Below are positions 21,425-31,818 of a stretch of DNA of 64,000 nucleotides, piece after piece. Numbering within the stretch: position 1 is the first letter of the stretch; every line of letters begins with the position of its first letter. Source of the stretch: Giardia intestinalis (taxonomy: Eukaryota); the NCBI GenBank assembly GCA_000002435.2, contig CM018792.1, one strand, 5' to 3'. A program made the position numbers and the translations under genes. Under the pieces are notes generated by a model. The model ran no database searches and was not told where the DNA came from. It saw nothing but the letters and a program-made list of their open reading frames with translations.

Positions 21425-22384
21425 CTACGGGCTGGTTGAGGGTGCGTCTATTTCCCAGCTAGCCACCTTGGCGCGACAAATTGGGCACTGGTCACTCGTC
21501 TTCTGGAAGCAAGAGGCACAGGAAATGCATAGCAGACGATGGGTACAAGGAAGAGCCCGGATTATGGCTACTTCATCGAGACATATGCTGCAGTGCTCGG
21601 CGCCTGAAACGACATCTGGAGGAAGAGAGTCTATGATAAGAAACTGAAGTCCGGGCCCATAAACTAGCTCCTTGATCAGCTGATTCTGGGAGTTACTGGC
21701 ATAGAGACGCAGATCAGGAGATGGAGCATTTATCAATCGGTACTCGTAAGGGATGAGGATTTTGACTATGTCAGTGTGCTCCTTGGAGATCGCATAAGCA
21801 AGAGCAGACCAGCCTCGAGAATCAACGATAGATGATTCGTGCGGAGCTAACAAGGCTACTACTCGTACGTGACCCAACAAAGATGCACGCATGAGAGCCG
21901 TCACCCCATCCTGATCCTTCATGCCAGCTTCTGTGTCAATAAGCAGGGCTAGAAGGCTGTAGTGGTTAAGGCCGGCGGCTAACATGAGTGCCGTGACACC
22001 GTATGAATCCTGATGTCTTGAGTAGTTTCTAGCGTGTAATTTCACACTAGAGACATCATTTGCTACCACGGACTCCATCAGAGGAGTCCAGCTCAGTGTG
22101 TGGTACTCTGGCTCACATAGATCAGCGACACTTTGCTCACTACCAGCCAGGAGCGCGTGCCTCAGCGCCGAGAAGCCACTGTTATCGCAAACCCCTGCTT
22201 CCTTCTGCAGCAGAGCACGGTGAATGCGCTGATTGTTCCGGGCCGCATGCATCAGGGCAGTCATGCCAGTTGCGTCACGCGTGCCACCTTCTTCGTCAAT
22301 AAGACTGTCAACTTCGGTAGTTTGGCCTTCTGCCGCAGCACACATCAGGGCAGTGCGGCAATAAGTGTCGGCGTTCAGCAGCAT
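21425..22384 (-). CDS. Ankyrin-repeat protein with a C-terminal C3HC4 RING finger, a putative E3 ubiquitin ligase (319 aa).
   Basis: About 6 ankyrin repeats, followed by CSICLDEVAIIRALPCTHRLLCISCASCFQKTSDQCPICRA. Confidence 0.7.
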   Translation of the reverse strand: MLLNADTYCRTALMCAAAEGQTTEVDSLIDEEGGTRDATGMTALMHAARNNQRIHRALLQKEAGVCDNSGFSALRHALLAGSEQSVADLCEPEYHTLSWTPLMESVVANDVSSVKLHARNYSRHQDSYGVTALMLAAGLNHYSLLALLIDTEAGMKDQDGVTALMRASLLGHVRVVALLAPHESSIVDSRGWSALAYAISKEHTDIVKILIPYEYRLINAPSPDLRLYASNSQNQLIKELVYGPGLQFLIIDSLPPDVVSGAEHCSICLDEVAIIRALPCTHRLLCISCASCFQKTSDQCPICRAKVASWEIDAPSTSP

Positions 22385-22502
22385 TTAACCGCCGCGATGT
22401 TTAAAAAAGAAAAGTGATGTTCCTTACTTTATGTTCTCAGAAAATCAACAAACCATCCATCTTAGATCGTAAAATAAATTGCCGGTATAAAAATTTCAAA
22501 AG

Positions 22503-23012
22503 TTGAATTGTGACAGTGAAGCAATCACTATGTCTACTCCTTCTACTCTTGGAGAAAAGGCTTCATCACGGAGCGCCGGTATTTGTTCTTTGATCGCTCA
22601 TGTCTTTAGACGGCATGACATGGAAAAGGACCTCGAAGACTTTGTCGAGAGTCCTGCTGGCATAGCGCTAATTGTGTTCGTATCTTTGTTACTCTTGGCT
22701 ACCATCCTAGTCGTGATCATCGTTCCTATCGTATGCAACCGGCGCCAAAGGCAAGCAGCGAGCTACCAGGCTATGATGACGCCTTCGGGTGTTGTGCGTA
22801 AGTCTCGGCACCCTGTCACAGCGAGGCCCGGCATGGGAGGCCCTGAGTTTAACACCGGTCAGACGCAGCCTCCAACCGTGGCCCCGCCTACCATTGAAAT
22901 GAAAACTACTTTATGGGCGCAGCCATCCAACCCCACCGTCCGTGGATCAGGGATGAGTGCAGGACAAACTGCTGCGCTGTTTCCTCCCGCTGTGACAAGA
23001 GCGGGGTCATAA
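22503..23012 (+). CDS. Hypothetical single-pass membrane protein (169 aa). The start could be the internal Met at 22530.
   Basis: One transmembrane helix (IALIVFVSLLLLATILVVIIVPIV) and a Pro-rich tail. No homolog was recognised. Confidence 0.3.
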   Translation: MNCDSEAITMSTPSTLGEKASSRSAGICSLIAHVFRRHDMEKDLEDFVESPAGIALIVFVSLLLLATILVVIIVPIVCNRRQRQAASYQAMMTPSGVVRKSRHPVTARPGMGGPEFNTGQTQPPTVAPPTIEMKTTLWAQPSNPTVRGSGMSAGQTAALFPPAVTRAGS

Positions 23013-23187
23013 AGAGGATAACTGGCCAGGTCAGGCCTGGCCTGCATCACATATTTTGGTTACACCATTTTTCATAGTGAATCTTAAGCAGATATCTTTT
23101 CTCTGGGCTTCACGTTGCCCGTGCTGACGCCCCGTTTGCCCGGGCCAGCAATTCAAAAAGTGGAAATTCGTTAATCCAGAATCCGCA

Positions 23188-26100
23188 ATGCGCACGGTGG
23201 GGGCCGACGCTTGCTCGGATTTTTATTCGTCGACAATTCTCTCACGCCGCAAATATGTGACAGTGCTACTTGGAACGACCTACACAACCCCAGAACCCCA
23301 CGTTGCAAAGCTTTATAATATGAAGGAAATACGGGAGTCATCGCTGTTACAGTTTGTTAACGATCCACATTGTCTCCAGTACATCCAACATCCTCGTCTA
23401 TTGCGCTGCTACGGTTGCAGGGTCAATCCTCGACGAGACACAGTGACATTATTTGAAGAATTTGGCCAGGTGAGTCTGCAGAAACTTATTTTGGAACATA
23501 GAAAAACTGGGAAGTGCTTCTCTGAATCAGCACTGTGGTCTATTGCCGCTGCTGTAGCAAGCTTACTCCAGTATCTCCACCAGCATGATAACAAGACCTT
23601 CTATAACGCGGTTTCTAACAACACCATCAATATGGGCAGCATGGTGCATGGGAATTTGAAGCCATCTAATGTGTACATAACGCATCAAAAGGATATCTCA
23701 TCGTTTGGACTCTCGGACGTGAAGATAACGCATCCAGCTATATATCGTAACTTTGGTACATCTCGAAACTCAGCTGGTAAGCAGATTGATGAGTTGATAT
23801 ACCATGCCCCCGAGATTTTAAATGCCTTGGCCACCCCGACTCCTCCAGGGATCTCTGCATATGACGCTAACACAGCGTGCTGCGGCGCTGCTCCAGACCT
23901 CTGGTCTCTGGGTATTATCCTCTATGAAATGATGGCCCTAGCAAAGCCCAGCCACACCAATCAAACTGTTCTTTCTCGCCTAGACAATCACAATCCTGGG
24001 ACAATCACCGCCATGCCAGACTTGGATCTAAGCGATACATATAGCACTGATCTTCTTAATGTTATCACACAGCTGCTTAGCCCAGATCCTCTTCAAAGGC
24101 CACGGATCCAGTCTCTTTTGCTTACAGGCCCAATCATGTCCATACTTCAAGGCTCGCCGCCTCTTTCTCCCCTTAGGCAGAGGAGGCCTGAAGCGTTTCC
24201 AGCTCATCCAGGCCTACTTATCAAGGGCCCCACAGTGAGAGAGCATGCACTTGAAGACGTGACGATTTCTGGGCTAAGCAATATAGATCACAGAGACCTG
24301 TCTGTTGTGGATGCTGATGCATCATCAGCGCGCAAAAGGGAAATGGATTTGGAAACTGTCATTAAGGTTCTCAATACTGGCAATAAAAACGCACAACAGT
24401 TATCTACTTCTAAGCCACCTGCTACAGCACTTAACGATCCTATTAGCACCGGTAATCTCCTGCACGAGCCCTTACCAGTCATCAAGACAGCAATTCATTT
24501 GACAGGGAGTTGCGACAACTCACAACGAAGCATAGCTGGCGATAGCGAAGATAACTTGGCGCTGGACATGGATGCAGGCTCAAATTCAGACTCCGAAACT
24601 ATGGACTTTTGCCCTGCTCCTCTGAGTAACCCTCCCAATCCGACCAAAAAAGAGCACTCCCAGGCAGAGACCCCGAGTATCATGCAAGATAGGCCTCTTC
24701 GAAATTTCGTTCATAGTAGCCGAGTCCTGCAGCCAGGAGTACTGGAGACAATCAACGAGGATAGCCCAGAGCGTGCATCTACATGTACAAGGTTGCGGGC
24801 CAAGCAGCACGAAAGACAATCAGAAAGCATCCAGAGCAGATCCTTGTCTGCACGTCCTCGTCAGATACGGCCAGCAAATCCTTACAAGGCCCGTATGAGT
24901 ACTCACGAATTGGTATCACTGCTAATCTCCAATACACCATCCAATGGCAGCACATCTAAGTACTCTTACCGCAACCCAGAAGATCCCTTAGTCTATAAGC
25001 AGATATACGTACGAGGCACTCTCCCAAGTAGCAGACATACATCAGATGGCATGCATGCAGATATATCGCATACTATTTTCGGTCTATCACCAGCTAACTA
25101 TGTTTCTTTTGACGCCACTCGGTCTAGTTCTATCAGATCCCAATCTTTATCAAGCCGCTCAAGGGAGAACACCGTCCTGAATCAGGCTAGCCATGATGGA
25201 CTATCAGGCGATTCTCGCAGCGTACATTCGGCCTTACCCCAAAGGTCTAGTTCTCAAGGACATCGGCCTGCAGACCGCAAGATGATTAGCTGGCGTTCCA
25301 AGGAAGATGCCATTGCAAACGCACACCAGGTGAAGCGTGACAAAAAGGGAAATACGCAACTGATGCTTGCGGCCTTGTCTAACAACCTTAAGGCTGTGCA
25401 TGAATATGCATCACAGGCCGGCTTGCAGAATAAGTTTGGGTTTACTGCAATGATGATAGCTGCAAAGAGAGGGTTTGTGGAGATTGTGAAGATCCTCATG
25501 AACCAGGAGTCAGGAATTACTACAAAACGCAAATGTGGTGTACCCTCTGCCACGGCACTGATACTGGCTGCAATGTGCGGCCAGGCAGAAATAGTGTACT
25601 TGCTGCACGAAAAGGAGAGAGGGATTCAGGATAAGTCGGGGATGACAGCGTTAATGCATGCAGCCATGCGAGGGTATACCGATATTGTATTAATTCTCAG
25701 GAGTGCAGAGGCACGTAAGCGTGACTTTCACGGATGCACTGCATTGTTGATGGCAACAGAGTATAACAGGTTAGATATAATTAAGCTTCTTATTGACCAG
25801 GAGGCGCAGATGTCCACGACAGATGGATACAAATATGGTAGCGGGTTCACTGCTCTGATGTGTGCTGCCCGATTAGGATTCGTGCAGGCCGTAGAGCTAC
25901 TCGTCAAAAAGGAGGCCAACATGATGCACATGCCGGCAGACAGAGAAACAGGAGGTTTTACTGCACTGGTGTGGGCCGCCAGAGAAGGTCATCTGGCATG
26001 CATAAAAGTGCTTGCGCCTTACGAGGCGGCTCTTTCAGGGGGCCTTGCTATTGTTGAAGGAGAAAAATCTCTTACTAATTCCAAGGTCAAGAAACAAAGA

Positions 26101-26199
26101 ATTCGCTCACTCATTCGGAGGCACATGTGCCCTGACGAGATGGAGGGTTCGGTGCTGGCCAGGAGCTCAACTAGGGTTTTGCGGACTTGTGACATCTAA
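23188..26199 (+). CDS. NEK-like kinase-domain protein with C-terminal ankyrin repeats (1003 aa). The kinase is probably degenerate.
   Basis: The kinase subdomains are recognisable (HGNLKPSNVYI in place of HRD, SFG in place of DFG, and APE, DLWSLGIILYEMM). The Ser-rich middle is followed by about 8 ankyrin repeats. A 22-nt motif related to the CDC48 upstream repeat lies just 5' of the ATG. Confidence 0.7.
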   Translation: MRTVGADACSDFYSSTILSRRKYVTVLLGTTYTTPEPHVAKLYNMKEIRESSLLQFVNDPHCLQYIQHPRLLRCYGCRVNPRRDTVTLFEEFGQVSLQKLILEHRKTGKCFSESALWSIAAAVASLLQYLHQHDNKTFYNAVSNNTINMGSMVHGNLKPSNVYITHQKDISSFGLSDVKITHPAIYRNFGTSRNSAGKQIDELIYHAPEILNALATPTPPGISAYDANTACCGAAPDLWSLGIILYEMMALAKPSHTNQTVLSRLDNHNPGTITAMPDLDLSDTYSTDLLNVITQLLSPDPLQRPRIQSLLLTGPIMSILQGSPPLSPLRQRRPEAFPAHPGLLIKGPTVREHALEDVTISGLSNIDHRDLSVVDADASSARKREMDLETVIKVLNTGNKNAQQLSTSKPPATALNDPISTGNLLHEPLPVIKTAIHLTGSCDNSQRSIAGDSEDNLALDMDAGSNSDSETMDFCPAPLSNPPNPTKKEHSQAETPSIMQDRPLRNFVHSSRVLQPGVLETINEDSPERASTCTRLRAKQHERQSESIQSRSLSARPRQIRPANPYKARMSTHELVSLLISNTPSNGSTSKYSYRNPEDPLVYKQIYVRGTLPSSRHTSDGMHADISHTIFGLSPANYVSFDATRSSSIRSQSLSSRSRENTVLNQASHDGLSGDSRSVHSALPQRSSSQGHRPADRKMISWRSKEDAIANAHQVKRDKKGNTQLMLAALSNNLKAVHEYASQAGLQNKFGFTAMMIAAKRGFVEIVKILMNQESGITTKRKCGVPSATALILAAMCGQAEIVYLLHEKERGIQDKSGMTALMHAAMRGYTDIVLILRSAEARKRDFHGCTALLMATEYNRLDIIKLLIDQEAQMSTTDGYKYGSGFTALMCAARLGFVQAVELLVKKEANMMHMPADRETGGFTALVWAAREGHLACIKVLAPYEAALSGGLAIVEGEKSLTNSKVKKQRIRSLIRRHMCPDEMEGSVLARSSTRVLRTCDI

Positions 26200-26213
26200 C
26201 GTAAAATCTAAAA

Positions 26214-27374
26214 ATGGCAGATGACATGGTTACCGCGAGTGGTGCAAGTAGTGGCGATGATCATGCTAGCAATTTGAATGAAGAACAGCTCGATGCATCT
26301 GAAGAGCAGCCCCTTGGTCCAGAGACTCTAGTCTATGAAGAACCAGATGACGTGGCTGCGGATGAAGAGGGTACTCTTCGGCATGAGTCCATTAACGACT
26401 TGGAAGCACACTCGTCCTCTGAGAAGCTTGGGGATGTGGAACATGTTAGTGAGCACACAAGTCCCAAAGAGGCTAACGGAAAGGACGACCTTGAAGAAGG
26501 GGATGAAACTTCCATCCTAGCTGCAGAAATCCTTGAAGACGACCCCATTGTATACGCTCCAGAAGATATCATGGATGAAGAGGATGACCGGCCACCCGAG
26601 TCCCCAGCTGCTTTGCCAGAGGAACAACGCGTGTTAGCTAGTGCCGGAGATTACCAGAACGTTGATGCACTTCTCGCTAGACAAGCGTATGATCCACTGG
26701 GGCATCCAGAGGTTGGTGGGCTGGACGATGTTGATCCTTTGAGAGCTTCGGTCGATCCTGGATGCACGCCAGAGGACCACCTAGAAGCAGAAGAGCTTGT
26801 CATTATTAATGTTGATCTAGACATGGCGCAACAAGAGGACGCGAAGGGTTCTGCAGAACCGGAGGCCTCTCCTGTTGTACCTGCGAAGGCCCCTGACCAA
26901 CACTTACCTTCAATCAATAGTTTACAGGCGTCTGGTTCTAAACCACACGAAGACAGTTTCGATGAGAGTACAGCTAGAAAGCATATAGTTGACCAAACTG
27001 TGGATGCAGGGGAGGAGCCCGTGGATCCCAGTATGCACCCGGCCATCGCCCAAGCAATTAAAACAAGAAATGACCACTTTCCTTTGTTAAGTGATCCAAA
27101 GCTACCCCACACTAGGGAAAACTTCAACCTGCCTCCCCTTGTAGAGGGTCACAGTGTTCCTGTGGACAAAGGGACATACAAAGACTACGTGTTTGATCTG
27201 GAGCGGCAAGAATACCTTCAAAAGGAGGAGGTCACAAAGGCTCATACAGAGTACTTGGAGAAACACCACGAACTCAAACAGATTGTAAGCGACTTCCTGA
27301 CTAGTATTCTAATTGACAAACCAACTGATGTATACCAATACGCTGCAGATTACTTTAGTGTTGTAGTGAATTAA
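26214..27374 (+). CDS. Acidic protein with a C-terminal RIIa/Dpy-30-type dimerisation-docking motif (386 aa).
   Basis: The N-terminal ~250 aa is very rich in D and E. The C-terminus LKQIVSDFLTSILIDKPTDVYQYAADYFS matches the RIIa helix-turn-helix consensus found in flagellar and radial-spoke-associated proteins. Confidence 0.55.
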   Translation: MADDMVTASGASSGDDHASNLNEEQLDASEEQPLGPETLVYEEPDDVAADEEGTLRHESINDLEAHSSSEKLGDVEHVSEHTSPKEANGKDDLEEGDETSILAAEILEDDPIVYAPEDIMDEEDDRPPESPAALPEEQRVLASAGDYQNVDALLARQAYDPLGHPEVGGLDDVDPLRASVDPGCTPEDHLEAEELVIINVDLDMAQQEDAKGSAEPEASPVVPAKAPDQHLPSINSLQASGSKPHEDSFDESTARKHIVDQTVDAGEEPVDPSMHPAIAQAIKTRNDHFPLLSDPKLPHTRENFNLPPLVEGHSVPVDKGTYKDYVFDLERQEYLQKEEVTKAHTEYLEKHHELKQIVSDFLTSILIDKPTDVYQYAADYFSVVVN

Positions 27375-27381
27375 CTATTTG

Positions 27382-28758
27382 TCACAGGTTATCTCGCAAG
27401 GCAGATGAGTGCCTTAACAGAGGAGCATTCGGGGCGTCTGGCTCTGGTGACGAGCGCTGGAGAGTCACGATGGAACAGCTGGTGTCTTCACATACCGGTA
27501 TCGTTAAAAAGATCGTATTTGGTTTCCTGAGCTGCATCTCTCCCAGTTGCATCTCGAAGTTAGTGACCAGCTTCTCCTCTTCAAGTGCCATGAGAACATA
27601 ATGCTTAGGATGAAACTTCCCTGAGAGAGACTTCAATACGCTAATGTTTATCTCTGATATATTGAGATTGAGTCGCTTCATCCAAGAACTGAAGAAATCT
27701 TCCAGTTTATCAGCCATGGTTTGAGGTGGGTTGTTAACCAGGTGGAAGTAGCAGGAAAGTGCTCCGACCAGAGAGGCATCCGCAACATCTATCAGAGAGT
27801 CAGGGATGCACGCAATAAGAAGAAGATGCTCTGCAATACCCGTACCATGCCTGGCCTCGCATCTCAGGAAGAACTCCTCTACAGAAGCTAGTTCAACAGA
27901 TTGACCAATTGTAGATAATATAACATTAATTCTTTCTGGAGATAACAAACGCAACTTGAGAAGCTGCTTGACTAAGTTTATGCTTCTGGTATCTCTAATG
28001 TTTAGGTAAGGAAGACAAACGGGGACAGTGCAGATGTCTCTGACTATTTCGGTCAAGGCCATTAGTGCCATCACCAACAATCTGTAGAGACCTAACAAAG
28101 CTAACGCGCTCTCTAAGTGACTTGTCCCCATGGAGGAGGGGCCACTATCAACCATGTTACACAATGTTGAAACCACCTCGGCAGTGAGACGCTCATGTAG
28201 AAGCGCAATTGAGATGTAGAGGCGTCTATAGTTAATGAGCTCTCTCACCGTATCAATGTACTGGCTATACGCTCCAGTGTTCTGTCTTGTTGCACCAAAG
28301 TGAGCACGAACAGCGTCCTGCTCATCTGTGGTAATGCCTAATTCAGTCCACAGCTTTTCCAAGGCTACATCTCCGCCACGCGGGTTTTCCTCCGTAGAAG
28401 TGTGTTTCCTGGCGCTGAGCTTGTTAATGAATGGATTCGTTTTATTGTATTTGTCCTCCACGGGTGGGGTTCTGCGATCGAACAAAGCCAATGATGTATC
28501 TGGAACTGCTGTGTTATTTACATACAATTCTCTCTTTTCTGCCACACAGAGATGGGGGCTGTTTAATTTAGACGTGAAATAATCAGATTGCAGGACTTTT
28601 TGTGGATGCACATGCTCCTGTGTGAACCGCTGAAAATCTTCTTCGGAGACGCTTGAAACACCGTTCAAGATCTCTGCTTCACCGTTCAGTGAGGGGGAAA
28701 GGATAGAAATCCCGGAGTATGGAAAGGATGGGTGACTGAGTGGGCCAGATTGCGCCAT
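27382..28758 (-). CDS. Hypothetical protein (458 aa).
   Basis: A long uninterrupted ORF that fits tightly between its neighbours. No domain was recognised. Confidence 0.45.
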   Translation of the reverse strand: MAQSGPLSHPSFPYSGISILSPSLNGEAEILNGVSSVSEEDFQRFTQEHVHPQKVLQSDYFTSKLNSPHLCVAEKRELYVNNTAVPDTSLALFDRRTPPVEDKYNKTNPFINKLSARKHTSTEENPRGGDVALEKLWTELGITTDEQDAVRAHFGATRQNTGAYSQYIDTVRELINYRRLYISIALLHERLTAEVVSTLCNMVDSGPSSMGTSHLESALALLGLYRLLVMALMALTEIVRDICTVPVCLPYLNIRDTRSINLVKQLLKLRLLSPERINVILSTIGQSVELASVEEFFLRCEARHGTGIAEHLLLIACIPDSLIDVADASLVGALSCYFHLVNNPPQTMADKLEDFFSSWMKRLNLNISEINISVLKSLSGKFHPKHYVLMALEEEKLVTNFEMQLGEMQLRKPNTIFLTIPVCEDTSCSIVTLQRSSPEPDAPNAPLLRHSSALRDNL

Positions 28759-28850
28759 GCTTTTTTAAGAGGAAGGGTTTGAAGAGCGCTATGCACTGTC
28801 ACATGGGTGCATTTACTTACAAAAAGGTAAGGATGCCAATGGCCACGCGT

Positions 28851-30062
28851 TTATACTTCTGTAGTTGTATCAACTAGATATGCCTCTCGATATTCAGCTG
28901 CGGGGTCTATAGGGATTATAACTGTCCGCAGGCTCATGTTCTTATTGACAAACGCCTTGTCTCCTCTGCGTTCATACACATATTTCGAGAGGGTCTGCTC
29001 CTCGTTAGCTATAAACTGCAGGCACTCAGAGCCCGTCAGGGGCCGAAATTGTAAGGAGTTCATCCGCTCCTTAGGAAGGTAAGCACTTGGATGAGACCAC
29101 AAATATGCGTTCCACCGGGTAATAAGATCTGGGATCGGACGAGTGTTTAGCTCTACCGTGCCATCCGTTCGAGGAGGAGACAGGGATGATGTAGTTACCG
29201 ATGTGTACCCCTGCTGTTCATTCAAGGTGCTATATGGGGCGTTAAGCAGAAGTCTAAGATAGAAGTCAGTAAAGGGATCCTGATACAATCCGAATTTGTT
29301 GCCTTTCTTGGCTATTTGTGTTGAATGGTCTCTCATGTAATCGTGAATTTGTCTCCGAGCGTCTACAACGGAACCTGCGCTGCCACAAAACCTCGCAAGG
29401 TAGAATATCTTTTCTGCGATGCCTGGAGCATAAAGAGTATTGTCTCGTACAAGACGGTACCACTCAGATTGATAAATGCTTTGGACAGGCGCTAATTGGG
29501 GTAGTCCCACGGGTGCATCCAGCTCCTTACGGAGATAATGGATCAGTGAAATCAAGCGAACTGTGTAATAACTATACCGCGTTAGCACTCCAATAAATGT
29601 ATCAACAGATTCTTCAGAAAGGGGCCGTAAGTTGGCACTAAGGTTTGGTGCATCCCGAGGTTCTATAAACTGCTGTCGTGCGCACTGTTGAAGCATCTCA
29701 CGATACTTGTGACAGTGGTTGTACTCGTTTAAATATTGCTTGACCATCTGTAGTCGTTTAAAGTAGAGATCTTGTAGCTCTTCACGCTGCTTCAGGAGAT
29801 TCATCACGAAACGCTTTTCTCCCTCAGGAAGCCCTACTAGATTCATGTCTATCCGAATTACATGCAGAGTTGTTATAGATACTGTTTCGCAGAGAGGGAG
29901 CGGATTAGGAGAAAACTGGGGCTCATGATAAACGTATAATCCTTGGGGTTTAGCGGTAGATTTCTTTTTCCGAGAGATCCCCCGCTTAGTGGAGGGCGCA
30001 GGACCTCGGCGTGCAGTACCGGAACGATGCGAGACGACAACCCTCCGACGGACATTTGACAT
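28851..30062 (-). CDS. Hypothetical protein (403 aa) with a basic N-terminus.
   Basis: A long ORF. The N-terminal 60 aa are rich in Arg and Lys. No domain was recognised. Confidence 0.45.
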   Translation of the reverse strand: MSNVRRRVVVSHRSGTARRGPAPSTKRGISRKKKSTAKPQGLYVYHEPQFSPNPLPLCETVSITTLHVIRIDMNLVGLPEGEKRFVMNLLKQREELQDLYFKRLQMVKQYLNEYNHCHKYREMLQQCARQQFIEPRDAPNLSANLRPLSEESVDTFIGVLTRYSYYTVRLISLIHYLRKELDAPVGLPQLAPVQSIYQSEWYRLVRDNTLYAPGIAEKIFYLARFCGSAGSVVDARRQIHDYMRDHSTQIAKKGNKFGLYQDPFTDFYLRLLLNAPYSTLNEQQGYTSVTTSSLSPPRTDGTVELNTRPIPDLITRWNAYLWSHPSAYLPKERMNSLQFRPLTGSECLQFIANEEQTLSKYVYERRGDKAFVNKNMSLRTVIIPIDPAAEYREAYLVDTTTEV

Positions 30063-30146
30063 GTTATAATTTCTTTTATAACAGAGTTGGCGGATTTACT
30101 AGGTGCGGATAGGAGAATAGAATGATAGAGCGATCTCCTTAGAATA

Positions 30147-31550
30147 TTAGCCTGCCTGTAAGAACTGAGCAAAATGGTTAGTCAAATATGCTAGGGTGTT
30201 ACGAATGTACGCAGTGTGCTTTGCAACATTTAGCCGATAGCCCTCGATATACTCATGCCAGGTACTAGAAAAGTCACTCTCAGTTTGGAGAGAACTCGCC
30301 TCTGTGGGCGAGATAACATCCACGTTGAATAGACCACAGTACACGCAAGGGATGTCCGAGATATTCAAATTAGGAAACCAAAAGCACTTACTACACTGTC
30401 TACACCTTCCGCATCCACGCTCGGTCCTTGTGAAGAGATCTATGTTAAGCACGAACATTGCTGTCTTCATGGTAAACAGATTCTCAACTTTGTTAGAAAG
30501 CTCCCTGGAAATGTAAAAGAGCTCCTCAGTTGTGTCGTTATTTTCCTGTGAGCTCTGTTCCTGGTCTTGATGCACGGATTCGCTATCTGTTTCGTCTTCT
30601 TCTTCAGACTGGTCTGATGAGGAGGAAGCCTTTGAGGTATCAACTGTTTCTAACGCAGATGGATCAGTGGCAGCGACTGATATTGGTGTTACATATCCTC
30701 GTATAAGCAAGCATAACATGAAAAATATGGAGCACTGGCTGGTTACTTCTTCAAGCGATTTTCCCTTGAGAAACAGCTTCCGACACAGAGGGCACGTATA
30801 GTTACCGGCCCTTATCAGAGAGTTAAGGCATTTTATATGGATATAATGTCTGTTTTCGCAGCCAATCTCGGTGTGATCGTATATGCTTGTTTTCAACTCC
30901 TCTTGACAGATACAGCAAACATAATCGGTGGCGTCACACTTGTGCGTATCAAAGAACTGCTTCTTGTAGCATTGCCTGCAGATATCACAGTGCTTGTGCT
31001 CCCCTTGCTTTCCCACACGACAGAACGTACATGATTCACAGTGGAAAAAAGGCTTAACCTCAGGGGATATCAGGCTGATATAGTTACACTTTGGACAGAA
31101 ACTCTTTGCAACTTCCCCTTTGCAATGCGTGCAACGAAGTCCGATTGGGCCCACTTTATCACAGAGCAAGCAGCGCATCGAGGTGATGGCAAAGCGATCC
31201 AGCTCGTCACACTGGGATTCAAAATCGTCGTTATGACAGAGTCTGCAAGAATAATCTTTATTGCATTTGGGGCAAATCACGCGGCAATTTAAAGGATAGT
31301 GCATGCATCCATTAACTGTCTCCTGGATAACGTCAAGATAAACTATATCTTCGGCAACCTCCTGATCATTTTGCAAGCTTAGACCATTGAGATCTTCGAA
31401 CGTTAAGTCGTCTCTCCAATCAGAAAAAAGCATAATGGGAGTACTACTGGGGGTAAAGCTAGAATTGGCTGGCCTAACAACATAATGCCTTAGAAGCACC
31501 CTATCCTCCTTATTAACCCTATAATAACAATAGCATACGTAGGAAAACAT
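30147..31550 (-). CDS. CHY zinc-finger plus RING-H2 E3 ubiquitin ligase (RCHY1/Pirh2-like) (467 aa).
   Basis: A dense Cys/His array with the CHY/CTCHY pattern (CPKCNKDYSCRLCHND...CLLCD...CTHCKGEVAKSFCPKCNYISL...FHCESCTFCRVG...HKCDATDYVCCICQEEL...CENRHYIHIKCLNSLIRAGNYTCPLCRK). An acidic, Ser-rich C-terminal tail follows. Confidence 0.75.
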   Translation of the reverse strand: MFSYVCYCYYRVNKEDRVLLRHYVVRPANSSFTPSSTPIMLFSDWRDDLTFEDLNGLSLQNDQEVAEDIVYLDVIQETVNGCMHYPLNCRVICPKCNKDYSCRLCHNDDFESQCDELDRFAITSMRCLLCDKVGPIGLRCTHCKGEVAKSFCPKCNYISLISPEVKPFFHCESCTFCRVGKQGEHKHCDICRQCYKKQFFDTHKCDATDYVCCICQEELKTSIYDHTEIGCENRHYIHIKCLNSLIRAGNYTCPLCRKLFLKGKSLEEVTSQCSIFFMLCLLIRGYVTPISVAATDPSALETVDTSKASSSSDQSEEEDETDSESVHQDQEQSSQENNDTTEELFYISRELSNKVENLFTMKTAMFVLNIDLFTRTERGCGRCRQCSKCFWFPNLNISDIPCVYCGLFNVDVISPTEASSLQTESDFSSTWHEYIEGYRLNVAKHTAYIRNTLAYLTNHFAQFLQAG

Positions 31551-31818
31551 GGAGATGGCTGTTAACGTAAGTATTGCAATAGTTAATTAATTTTTCTGTT
31601 TCTGGCCTCAACCCGAGGTCTCTTTAGGATGTCTGTTTACATGTTACACTACTTACTTTCGTTATTCACCTACTAACTCATTTGTTATATCTTCTAATCT
31701 GCAACCTTCGCGTATCAATTGATACTTCAAGCCCTTTTCAGAGCTTACTCCGGGCGCGCCGGGAGGCCTGCGACGGGTGCGAGCCTGCTGACCTGCTGAC
31801 CCGGGTGGAAAGAAAAGG

